Shown here: positions 1 through 12,164 of the stretch, one piece after another
Layout of the letters: each line of letters starts with the position of its first letter
Position numbering within the stretch: the first letter of the stretch is position 1
Assembly: GCF_039654945.1 (NCBI RefSeq)
Contig: NW_027361869.1
Span: 7,130,001 to 7,194,000, forward strand
Direction: 5' to 3'
Source: Dendrobates tinctorius
Lineage: Eukaryota
DNA: 64,000 nucleotides
Translations under genes and position numbers: made by a program
Notes under the pieces: generated by a model
Seen by the model: only the letters and a program-made list of their open reading frames with translations
What the model was told of the DNA's origin: nothing
Database searches by the model: none

Positions 1-1519
1 TTCTTTTCTTCCTGGAACTAAGAATGTCAAGGCAGACGCCCTCTCTAGGAGCTTCTTTGCTGATTCTTCTGTGGTGACCAAGCCTGCTACCATCTTAGGC
101 GAAGGGGTAGTTCTTTCTGCCATCTTGCCCGATTTGAGACGTGCTCTGGAAGAGTTCCAGGAGGACAAACCTGAGCGTTGTCCCAGTGGAAAGTTGTATG
201 TTCCTGACCAGTGGAAGAAGAGAGTGATGTCTGAAGTTCATTGCTCTGCTTTGGCTGGTCATCCAGGTATTTTTTTTACTAGAGATCTGGTGAGTCGATC
301 TTTTTGGTGGCCCTCCTTGTCTCGTGATGTCAGGAATTTTGTGCAGTCCTGTGGGACGTGCTCCCGGTCTAAATCGTGTTCTCGCTCTAGTGGGTTGTTG
401 ATGCCTTTGCCTGTCCCCAAGAGGCCATGGACCCATATTTCAATGGATTTCATCTCTGATATGCCTGTCTCTCAAAGGATGACTGTTATTTGGGTGATTT
501 GTGATAGGTTCTCTAAGATGGTTCATCTTGTACCACTCCCTAAGTTGCCGTCTTCCTCTGAGTTGGTGCCCCTGTTTTTGCAACAGGTGGTTCGCTTGCA
601 AGGGATTCCTGAGAACATTGTATCTGACAGAGGAGTTCAGTTTGTGTCTAGATTTTGGAGAACTTTCTGTTCCAAGCTGGGAATTCAGTTGTCCTTCTCC
701 ACTGCTTTTCACCATCAGACCAATGGGCAGACAGAGAGAACAAACCAGACCTTTGAGTCATATTTGAGATGTTTTATTTCTGCTGATCAGGATGATTGGG
801 TTTCATTTTTGCCCTTGGCCAAATTTGCTTTAAATAATGGAGCTAGTTCTGCCACTTTGATGTCACCTTTTTTTGTAACTTTGGGTTTCATCCTCGATTT
901 TCTTCAGGGCAGGTGGAGCCCTCTGCCTGCCCAGGTGTTGACACTGTGGTGGAGAGAATGCACCAGATCTGGGACCAAGTGGTGGATAAGTTATCTCTCT
1001 CCCAGGAAAAGGCCCAGCGGTTTTCCAACCGACATAGGACCATTGGTCCCCAGTTTAAGGTTGGTGATATGGTGTGGCTATCATCAAAAAATATTGCTAT
1101 GAAGGTGGCTCCTCCTAAGTTTAAGCCTAGATTTATTGGACCTTACAAGATTTTGGAGATTATTAATCCGGTCTCTTTTCGTTTGGCTCTTCCTGTCACA
1201 TTTAAAATCCATAATGTGTTCCATAAATCTTTGTTGAAGAGGTTTGTTGAACCTGTTGTTCCGGGGGTGGCACCTCCAGACCCTGTATTGGTTGAAGGTA
1301 ACATGGAATATGAGGTAGAAAAATACTGGATTCCCGTCTGGCTAGACGGAGACTCCAGTATTTGGTTAAGTGGAAGGGTTATGGTCAGGAGGATAATTCC
1401 TGGGTCTCTGCCTCTGATATTCATGCCAAAAGATTGGTGCGTGCCTTTCATCGGTCTCACCCGGATCGCCCTGGTGGCATGGATGAGGGTTCGGTGACCC
1501 CTCCTCAAGGGGGAGGTAC
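1..1519 (+). mobile_element. Ty3/Gypsy chromovirus pol 3' end (integrase, GPY/F motif, chromodomain), frameshifted
   Basis: Three overlapping ORFs (71-1102, 913-1497, 1362-1658): HHCC zinc motif (H..AGHPG..CGTC), DDE core (ISMDF, IVSDRG, QTER), FIGPYKI, and chromodomain YEVEK / [14 protein letters not shown]. Polypurine tract at about 1507-1516. Confidence 0.93.
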
Positions 1520-2313
1520 TGTTGTGAGTTCATTTTCCCCTTCACTACTGAGGCCCGATGAACTCCCTCTTCTGGTAAAGAAAGGTAGTGAGCCGGATTA
1601 TCAAGCACCTGAGCCTAATGATGATGACTGGCTGAGTGGAGTTACTGACTGGATATAAGGCCGCCGACGCCCTTCTGCCCTGCGGGTGAATTCTCTGTGG
1701 GATCCTTGGAGACCAGTCTGAATTCCTGCTCTTCTAAAGCTAAGTTTTCTGCTCGGCTTTTTGCATTTGTGCTTTGACTTTGTTTTGCTTTGTTTTTCTG
1801 GATTTCTGCCATTCCCTGCTGGGGTGAGCTGAATTCCTTTAGCTCTGTCTTCTGAAAATACCTGAGTGCTGATTTAGTTTTTGAAGCCTAGCTGCTTCAG
1901 GGTCTTTTTCCATATCAGCTTGTTGGCTTATGTCTTTGATAGGGTTTTGGCAGATTGCAGACAGCAACCTTTCTTTCCTGTTCTGTTTAGTTAGCTTGGG
2001 CCCCATCGTTTGCTCAGCCTATATTTCTATCTGTGTGAGTGTTTTTTCATCTTGCTTCAGCGTCATTATATGTTGGGGGCTGCCTTTTACTTTGGGGTCT
2101 GCTCTGGGGCAGTTTAGATTTCCTTTTCTGTCTTTAGCCTAATTAGCTCTCTGGCTGTGATCGAGGGGTCTAGGGCACCGTAGGAACCCCCCACGGCTAC
2201 TGCTAGTTGTGTTGATAGGTTCAGGGGTCTTCAATCTGATAGTTGCCAACTTCTCTTTTTTTCTGGACGTAGCTTCTATTTTTGTGTCTGCCTCCTACGG
2301 TGACTCAATCACA
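1520..2313 (+). mobile_element. Gypsy 3' LTR
   Basis: Begins TGTTGTGAG right after the PPT, has a TATA-like GATATAAG near 1652, and ends ...ATCACA where the satellite starts. The right end is approximate. Confidence 0.75.
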
Positions 2314-5300
2314 CCAGTTGGCACTGATCATACAGCTCAGCAGGGAGTAGGTGGTGGCACTGATCATACAGCTCTGCGGGGACAAAGTGGTGGCACTTAT
2401 GTTACAGCTTTGCGGGGACAAGGTGGTGGCACTGATCATACAGCTCTGCAGGGAGGAGTTGGTGGCACTGAACATACAGCTCAGCGTGGACAAAGTGGTG
2501 GCACTGATCTTAAAGCTCTACAAGGATGAGGTGGTGGTACTAATCATACAGCTCTGCAGGGAGGAGGTGGTGGCACTGATCATACAGCTCTGCGGGGACA
2601 AGATGGAGGCACTGATGATAAGGCTCTGCAGGGATGATGTGGTGGCACTGATCGTACAGGTCTGCAGGGATGAGGTGGTAGCACTCATCATACAGCTTTG
2701 CGTGGACAAGGTGGTGGCACTGATCATATAGCTCTGAGGGGATGACGTGGTGGCACTGATCAAATAGCTCTGCAGGGATTAGGTGGTGGCACTGATCATA
2801 CAGCTCTGCAAGGAGTAGGCGGTGGCACTGATTCAACAGCTGTGCGAGGAGTAGGTAGTGGTACTGATCATACAGCTCTGTGCTGACCAACTGGTGGCAC
2901 TGTTCATGCGGTGACAAGGTGGTAGCACTGATTATACAGTTCTGCGGCGACAAGGTGGGGGCACTGATCATACATGTCTGCAGGGAAAAGGTGGTGGCAC
3001 TGAACATACAGATCAGCGCGGACAAGGTGGTGGCACTGATCAGACAGCTCTACAGGGAGGAGGTTGTGGCACTAAACTGGTTTGCAGGGATGAGGTAGTG
3101 GCACTGATTATACAGCTCTGCAGTGAGAGGTGGTGGCACTGAAGATACAGCTGTGCAGGGATGAGGTGGTTGCACTGATCATACAGCTCTGCAGGGAGTA
3201 GGCGGTGGCACTGATCATACAGCTCTGCGGGGACTTGGTGGTGGTACTGATCATACAGCTCTGTGCTGACCAACTGGTGGCACTGATCATACAACTTTGT
3301 GGTGACAAGGTGGTGGCACTGATTATACAGTTCTGCAGTGACAAGGTGGTGACACTGATCATACACCTCTGCGGCGATAAGGTGGTGGTACTGATCATAC
3401 AGCTCTTCAAGGACCAGGTGGTGGCACTGATCATACAGCTTTGCGGGGACAATGTGTTTGCACTGATTATACATCTCTTAAGGTATAAGTTGGAGGCACT
3501 GATCATGCGGTTCTTCAGGGATGAGGTTGTGGCACTGATCATACAGCTCTGCAGGGATGAGGTAGTGGCACAGATCATACAGCTCTTCAGGAATGAGGTA
3601 GTGGCACAGATCATACAGCTCTGCAGAGAGGAGGTGGTGGCACTGATTAAACAGCTTTGCAGGGATGAGGTAGTGGCACAGATCCTACAGACCTGCAGGG
3701 ACAAGGTGGTGGCACTGATCATACAGCTCTGCAGGGACAAGGTGGTGACACTGATCATACACCTCTGCGGCAATAAGGTGGTGGTACTGATCATACAGCT
3801 CTGCAAGGACCAGGTGGTGGCACTAATCAAACAGCTCTGCAGAGACGAGGTGGTGGCACTGATTATACAGCTCTGCAGGGAGGAGATGGTGGCACTGATC
3901 ATACAGCTCTGCAGGAAGTAGGAGGTGGCACTGATTATACAGCTCTGTGTGGATAAGATGGTGGCACTGATCATACAGCTCTGCAGGGAGGAGTTGGTGG
4001 CACAGATCACACAGCTCTGCAGGGATGAGGAGGTGGCACTGATCATGCAGCTCTATAGGTAAGAGGTGATGTCACTGATCATACTGCTCTGCAGGGAAGA
4101 GGTGGTGACACTGATCAAACAGCTTTGCGGGGACAAAGTGGTTGCACTGATTATACATCTCTTAAGGTATAAGTTGGAGGCACTGATCATGCGGTTCCTC
4201 AGGGATGAGGTTGTGGCACTGATCATACAGCTCTTTAGGGATGAGGTAGTGGCACAGATCATACAGCTCTGCAGAGAGGAGGTGGTGGCACTGATTATAC
4301 AGCTTTGCAGGTAGGAGATGGTGGCACTGATCATAAAGCTCTGCAGGGAGTAGGTGGAGGCACTGATCATACAGCTCTGCGGGGAGAATTTGATTGCACT
4401 GATCGTACAGCTCTGCTCGGACAAAGTGGTGGCACTTATGATACAGCTTTGTGGGGACAAGGTTGTGGCACTGATCATACAGCTCTTTAGGGATGAGGTA
4501 GTGGCACAGATCATACAGCTCTTCAGAGAGGAGGTGGTGGCACTGATTATACAGCTTTGCAGGTAGGAGATGGTGGCACTGATCATAAAGCTCTGCAGGG
4601 AGTAGGTGGAGGCACTGATCATACAGCTCTGCGGGGAGAATTTGATTGCACTGATCATACAGCTCTGCGGGGAGAATTTGATTGCACTGATCGTACAGCT
4701 CTGCTCGGACAAAGTGGTGGCACTTATGATACAGCTTTGTGGGGACAAGGTGGTGGCACTGATCATACAGCTCTGCAGTGACTAGGTTGTGGCACTGATC
4801 ATGCAGTTCTGCAGGGATGAGGTGGTGGCACTGATCATACAGCTCTGCAGGGAAAATTTGGTGACACTGATCATACACCTCTGCGTCGACAAGGTGGTGG
4901 TACTGATCATACAGCTGTGCAAGGACCAGGTGGTGGCACTGATCATAAAGCTCTGCAGAGAGGAGGTGGTGGCACTGATTATACAGCTTTGCAGGGAGGA
5001 GATGGTGGCACTGATCATACAGCTCTGTGGGGACAATTTGATGGCACTGATCAAACAGCTCTGCTCAGATAAAGTGGTGGCACTTATGATACAGCTTTGC
5101 GGGGACAAGGTGGTGGCACTGAACATATAGCTCAGCGTGGACAAGGTGGTGGCTCTGATCTTAAAGCTCCACAAGGATGAGGTGTAGGTACTAATCATAC
5201 TGCTCTGCAGGGAGGAGATGGTGGCACTGATCATACAGCTCTGCGGGGACAAGATGGTGGCACTGATCATGAAGATCTGCAGGGATGATGTGGTGGCACT

Positions 5301-8300
5301 GATGATACAGGTCTGCAGAGATGAGGTGGTAGCACTCCTCATACAGCTTTGCAGGGACGAGGTGGTGGCACTGATCATACAGCTTTTCATGGACAAGGTG
5401 GTGGCACTGATCAAACAGCTCTGCAAGGACGAGGTGTTGGCACTGATCATACAGCTTTGCGGGGACAATGTGGTTGCACTGTTTCTACATCTCTTTAGGT
5501 ATAAGTTGGATGCACTGATCAGGGATGATGTTGTGGCACAGATCATACAGCTCTGCAGAGAGGAGGTGGTGGCACTGATTACACAGCTTTGCAAGGAGGA
5601 GATGGTGGCACTGATCATACAGCTCTGCTCGGACAAAGTGGTGGCACTTATGATACAGCTTTGTGGGGACAAGGTGGTGGCACTGATCATACAGCTCTGA
5701 AGTGACGAGGTTGTGGCACTGATCATGCAGTTCTGCAGGGATGAGGTAGTGGCAGCGATCATACAGCTCTGCAGGGATGATTCAGTAGCACAGATCATAC
5801 AGCCCCGCAGGGATGAGGTGGTGGCACTGATCATACAGCTCTGCAGTGAAAAGTTGGTGACACTGATCATACACCTCTGCGGCGACAAGGTGTTGGTACT
5901 GATCATACAGCTCTGCAAGGACCAGGTGGTGGCATTGATCATAAAGCTCTGCAGAGAGGAGGTGGTGGCACTAATTATTCAGCTTTGCAGGGAGCAGATG
6001 GTGGCACTGATCATACAGTTCTGTGGGGACAATTTGATGGCACTGATCATACAGCTATGCTCGGACAAAGTGGTGGCACTTATGATACAGCTTTGCGGGG
6101 ACAAGGTGGTGGCACTGAACATATAGCTCAGCGTGGACAAGGTGGTGGCTCTGATCTTAAAGCTCTACAAGGATGAGGTGGAGGTACTAATCGTACAGCT
6201 CTGCAAGGAGGAGGTTGTGGCACTGAGCAAACAGCTCTGCATGGAAAGGTGGTGGCACTGAACATACAGCTCAGCGTGTACAAGGTGGTGGCACTGAACA
6301 TACAGCTCAGCGTGTACAAGGTGGTGGCACTGATCAGACAGCTCTACAGGGAGGAGGTAGTGGCACTGATCATACAGCTCTGCCGGTATGAGGTGATGGC
6401 ACTGAAGATACAGCTCTGCAGGGATGAGGTGGTTGAACTGATCTTGCAGCTCTGCAGGGAGTAGGTGGTGGCACTGATCTTAAAGCTCTGCGGGGACAAT
6501 TTGATGGCACTGATCATACAGCTCTGCTCACACAAAGTGGTGGCACTTATCATACAGCTTTGTGGGGACAAGGTGGTGGCACTGATCATGCACTTCTGCA
6601 GGGATGAGGTAGCGGCACCGATCATACAGCTCTGCAGGGATGATTCAGTAGCACAGATCATACAGCCTGCAGGGATGAGGTGGTGGCGTGTCACTGATCA
6701 TACAGCTCTGCAGGGAAAAGTTGGTGACACTGATCATACACCTCTGCGGCGACAAGGTGGTGGTACTGATCATACAGCTCTGAAGGGAATAGGTGGTGGC
6801 ACAGATCCTACAGACCTGCAGGGACAAGGTGGTGACACTGATCATACACCTCTGCGGCGACAAGGTGGTGGTACTGATCATACAGCTCTGCAAGGACCAG
6901 GTGGTGGCACTAATCATACAGCACTGCAGAGACGAGGTGGTGGCACTGATTATACAGCTCTGCAGGGATTAGATGGTGGCACTGATCATACAGCTCTGCA
7001 GGCAGTAGGAGGTGGCACTGATTATACAGCTCTGTGTGGATAAGGTGGTGGCACTGATCATACAGCTCTGCAGGGAGGAGTTGGTGGCACTGATCATACA
7101 GCTCTGCAGGTAAGAGGTGGTGTCACTGATCATACAGCTCTGCAGGGACAATGTGGTTGCACTGATTATACATCTCTTTAGGTATAAGTTGGAGGCACTG
7201 ATCATGTGGTTCTGCAGGGATGAGGTTGTGGCACTGATCATACAGCTCTGCTCGGACAAAGTGGTGGCACTGATCATACAACTTTGCGGTGACAAGGTGG
7301 TGGCACTGATTTACAGTTCTGTGGCGACACGGTGGTGGCACTGATCATACAGGTCTGCAGGGAGGAGGTTGTCGCACTGAACATACTGGTTTTCAGGGAT
7401 GAGGTGGTGGCACAGATCATACAGCTCTGCAGAGAGGAGGTGGTGGCACTGATTATACAGCTTTGCAGGGAGGAGATGGTGGCACTGATCATACAGCTCT
7501 GCAGAGAGTAGGTGGTGGCAATGATCATACAGCTCTGCGGGGACAATTTGATGGCACTGATCATACAGCTCTGCTCGGACAAAGTGGTGGCACTTATGAT
7601 ACAGCTTTGTGGGGACAAGATGGTGGCACTGATCATACAGCTCTGCAGTGACGAGGTTGTGGCACTGATCATGCAGTTCTGCTGGGATGAGGTAGTGGCA
7701 CCGATCATACAGCTCTGCAGGGATGTTTCAGTAGCACAGATCATACAGCCCTGCAGGGATGAGGTGGTGGCACTGATCATACAGCTCTGCGGCGACAAGG
7801 TGGTGGTACTGATCATACAGCTCTGCAAGGACCAGGTGGTGGCACTGATCTTAAAGCTCTGCAGGGATGAGGTGGTGGCACTGATCATACAGCTCTGCAG
7901 AGAGGAGGTGGTGGCACTGATCATACACCTCTGCGGGGACAAGGTGGTGACACTGATTATACACGTCTGTGGCGACAAGGTGCTGGTACTGATCATACAG
8001 CTCTGCAGGGAGGAGGTGGTGGCACTGATCATACACCTCTGCAGCAACAATGTGGTGGTACTGATCATACAGCTCTGCAAGGACCAGGTGGTGGCACTGA
8101 TCTTAAAGCTCTGCAGGGATGAGGTGGTGGCACTGATCATACAGCTCTGCAGAGAGGAGGTGGTGGCACTGATTATACAGCTTTGCAGGGAGGATATGGT
8201 AGCATTGATCATTCAGCTCTGTGTGGATAAGATGGTGGCACTGATCATACAGCTCTGCAGGGACAATGTGGTTGCACTGATTATACATCTCTTTAGGGAT

Positions 8301-11166
8301 AAGTTGGAGCCACTGATCATGCAGCTCTGCAGGGATGAGGTTGTGGCACTGATCATACAGCTCTGCAGGGATGATTTAGTGGCTCAGATCATACAGCTCT
8401 GCAGGGATGAGGTAGTGGCACAGATCACACAGCTCTGCAGGGACGAGGAGGTGGCACTGATCATACAGCTCTGTGGTGAGGAGGCGGTGGCACTGATCTT
8501 ACAGCTCTGCAGGGAGTAGGTGGTGGCATTGATCATTCAGCTCTGTGTGGATAAGATGGTGGCACTAATCATGCAGCTCTGCAGGTATGAGGTGGTGTCA
8601 CTGATTATACAGCTCTGCAGGGAAGAGGTGGTGACACTGATCATACAGCTCTGCAAGGACGAGGTGTTGGCACTGATCATACAGCTTTGTGGGGACAATG
8701 TAGTTGCACTGATTATACATCTCTTTAGGGATAAGTTGGAGCCACTGATCATACAGCTCTGCAGGGACGAGGAGGTGGCACTGATCATACAGCTCTGTGG
8801 AGACAAGGTGGTGGCACTGATAATACACCTCTGCGGTGACAAGGTGGTGGTACTGATCATACAGCTCTGCAGAGAGGAGGTGGTGACACTGATCATACAG
8901 CTCTGAAGGGAATAGGTGGTGGCACTGATCATACAGCTCTGTAGGGATGAGGTGGTTGCACTGATCATACAGCTCTGTAGGGATGAGGTGGTTGCACTGA
9001 TCATACAGCTCTATGGGGAGGAGGCGGTGGCACTGATCATAAGGCTCTGTAGGGACAAGGTTGTGTCACTGATCTTACAGCTCTGCAGGGGTGAGGTAGT
9101 GGCACAGATCACACAGCGCTGCAAGGACCAGGTGGTGGCACTGATCATACAGCTCTGCAGGTACGAGGAGGTGGCACTGATCATACAGCTCTGCAGGGAC
9201 AAGGTGGTGACACTGATAATACACCTCTGAGGCGACAAGGTGGTGGTACTGATCATACAGCTCTGCAGAGAGGAGGTGGTGGCACTGATCATACAGCTCT
9301 GAAGGGAATATGTGGTGGCACTGATCATAAAGTTCTGCAGTGACGAGGTGGTGGCACTAATCATACTGTTTTGCAGGGAGGAGGTGGTGGCACTGATCAT
9401 ACAGCTCAGCAGGGAGGAGGTGGTGGCACTGATTATACAGCTCAGCAGGGACAAGGTGGTGGCACTGATCATACAGCTTTGCGGGGATAATGTGGTTGCA
9501 CTGATTATACATCTCTTTAGGGATAAGTTGGAGGCACTGATCATGCAGTTCTGCAGGGATGAGATAGTGGCTCAGATCATACAGCTCTGCAGGGATGATT
9601 CAGTAGAACAGATCATACAGCCCTGTAGGGATGAGGTGATGGCACTGATCATACAGCTCTGCAGGGAAAAGTTGGTGACACTGATCATACAGCTCTGCTC
9701 GCACAAAGTGGTGGCACTTATGATACAGCTTTGTGGGGACAAGGTGGTGTCACTGATCATGCAGTTCTGCAGGGATGAGGTAGTGACACCGATCATACAG
9801 CTCTGCAGGTATGATTCAGTAGCACAGATCATACAGCCTGCAGGGATGAGGTGGTGGCACTGATCATACACCTCTGCGGCGACAAGGTGGTGTTAATGAT
9901 CATACAGCTCTGCAAGGACCAGGTGGTGGCACTAATCATACAGCTCTGCAGAGACAAGGTGGTGGCACTGATTATACAGCTCTGCAGGGAGGAGGTTGTC
10001 GCACTGAACATACTGGTTTGCAGGGATGTGGTGGTGGCACAGATCATACAGCTCTGCAGAGAGGAGGTGGTGGCACTGATTATACAGCTTTGCAGGGAGG
10101 AGATGGTGGCACTGATCATACAGCTCTGCAGGGACAATTTGATGGCACTGATCATACAGCTCTGCTCGGACAAAGTGGTGGCACTTATGATACAGCTTTG
10201 TGGGGACAAGATGTTGGCACTGATCATACAGCTCTGCAGTGACGAGGTCGTGGCACTGATCATGCAGTTCTGCAGGGATGAGGTAGTGGCACCGATCATA
10301 CAGCTCTGCAGGGATGTTTCATTAGCACAGATCATACAGCCCTGCAGGGATGAGGTGGTGGCACTGATCATACAGCTCTTCAGGGAAAAGTTGGTGACGC
10401 TGATCATACACCTCTGCGGCGACAAGGTGGTGGCACTGATTATACAGTTCTGCGGCGACAAGGTGGTGGCACTGATCACACAGGTCTGCAGGGAAAAGGT
10501 GGTGTTATTGAACATACAGCTCAGCGCGGACAAGGTGGTGGCACTGATCAGACAGCTCTACAGGGAGGAGGTTGTGGCACTAAACCTACTGGTTTGCAGG
10601 GATGAGGTTGTGGCACTGATCATACAGCTCTGCAGGGAATAGGTGGTGGCACTGATCGTGCAGCTCTGCTGGGACAAGATGGTGGTACTGATCATAAAGC
10701 TCTGCAGGGATGATGTAGTGGCACTGATCATACAGGTCTGCAGAGACGAGGTGGTGGCACTGATCATACAACTTTTCGTGGACAAGGTGGTGGCACTGAT
10801 CAGACAGCTTTGCGTGTACAAGGTGGTGGCACTAATCAGGTAGCCCTGAGGGGATGACGTGGTGGCACTGATCAAAAAGCTCTGCAGGGATTAGGTGGTG
10901 GCACTGATCATACAGCTCTGCAAGGAGTAGGCGGTGGCACTGATCATACAGCTTGCGTTGACAATGTGGTGGCACTGATTATACAGTTCTGCGGCGAAAA
11001 GGTGGTGGCACTGATCATACAGCTCTGCATGTAAAGGTGGTGGCACTGAACATACAGCTCTGCAGGGAAAAGGTGGTGGCACTGAACATACAGGTCAGCA
11101 GGGACGAGGTGGTGGCACTCATTATAGAACTCTGCAGGGGTGAAGTGGTGGCACTGATCATACAGG
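2314..11166. repeat. 30-bp satellite array A (about 295 units, divergent, mosaic higher-order blocks)
   Basis: Consensus GGTGGTGGCACTGATCATACAGCTCTGCAGGGA(T/C/G)GA-type 30-mer, uninterrupted for about 8.8 kb. Confidence 0.98.
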
Positions 11167-12164
11167 CCAAAAATGGGGGACGGGGTATGGAGTATGGCAT
11201 GCGGATGGAGAGCACATTGATGCTGGAACCAGCGCGTCGCCTATCACGCTCCCCCATCAGTACATAGGTTTTCATCTGTGCTTTTTTTTTTAGTAATTAC
11301 AGAAAAGCAGGAGGATTTGTGGTTTATTGGCTTAATTAATTTTCTTCTGTTACATAATATTTGTTCAGTGAACCTGCGGATAATTACACTACACTAATGT
11401 GGGGTTAACCCTCTGTGTAGCTCTAGGACTTTTCACCAATGATGGCAATTAGCTCGATCTGCACGTGCCGCAATCTCCTCAGTCACTTACAGTATTATCG
11501 GGACTCCCAGCTGTTTCTGCACTGATTACAGGGGGCTATAAGCAGCAGATGTTCTCGAGGAGCCCGATGTGAGATGAAGGTGGCGCATCTGTGAACACTC
11601 TGGTAAATAAGAGGGGATCAGCAGGAACAAGGCAAGTAAGAGGTTAAACAGAGGAGGAAAGGCGTCTATGTACATCGCTGAAGGCTGAGGGCGGCGCTTA
11701 ACCGAGGATTCCCGCTCATTGTCTGATCGCAGGATCCGTTTGGGGATTTGAACTTCCCGCTCTTCTTCCGCCGAGGATTATTAGCGGACATCACAATCCG
11801 GTCACACAGAGAACCGCGCAGAGTCCGGCCCTCCAGAGCCGCCATCACGGGATCGCCCTCCGGGAGGAGCAGCAGTCACTGATGTGGACAATCACCGGCC
11901 GCCATCCCCCGATACTCCGGGACGTGATAACCGCATGTAATCTCCACAGCGGAGTCAGGGGCCCGAGTATCAAGACATTCACTAATGAGGGACATTTCCT
12001 GTGACTATTCGAGGACTCCTCTCCCCACACAGGTCTGAGGCTTCATGTGATAACCCAGACATGGGCATCCTCAGTGTTTTGTGTTGAACCCCGGAATCAA
12101 GTGTGTATGGGCACCAACCTACAAACTGGTGGCGGCAGCCCGTGGTGTCTAACGTCAGTCCCAT

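Noticed and set aside
2314-11166. CRISPR-like appearance (constant core with variable segment)
   Set aside because: Eukaryotic locus, variable part is short and recurrent rather than unique spacers, no cas genes.
2314-11166. Hammerhead ribozyme in the satellite (CTGATCA resembles CUGANGA)
   Set aside because: Core mismatch, and no consistent GAAA or stems.
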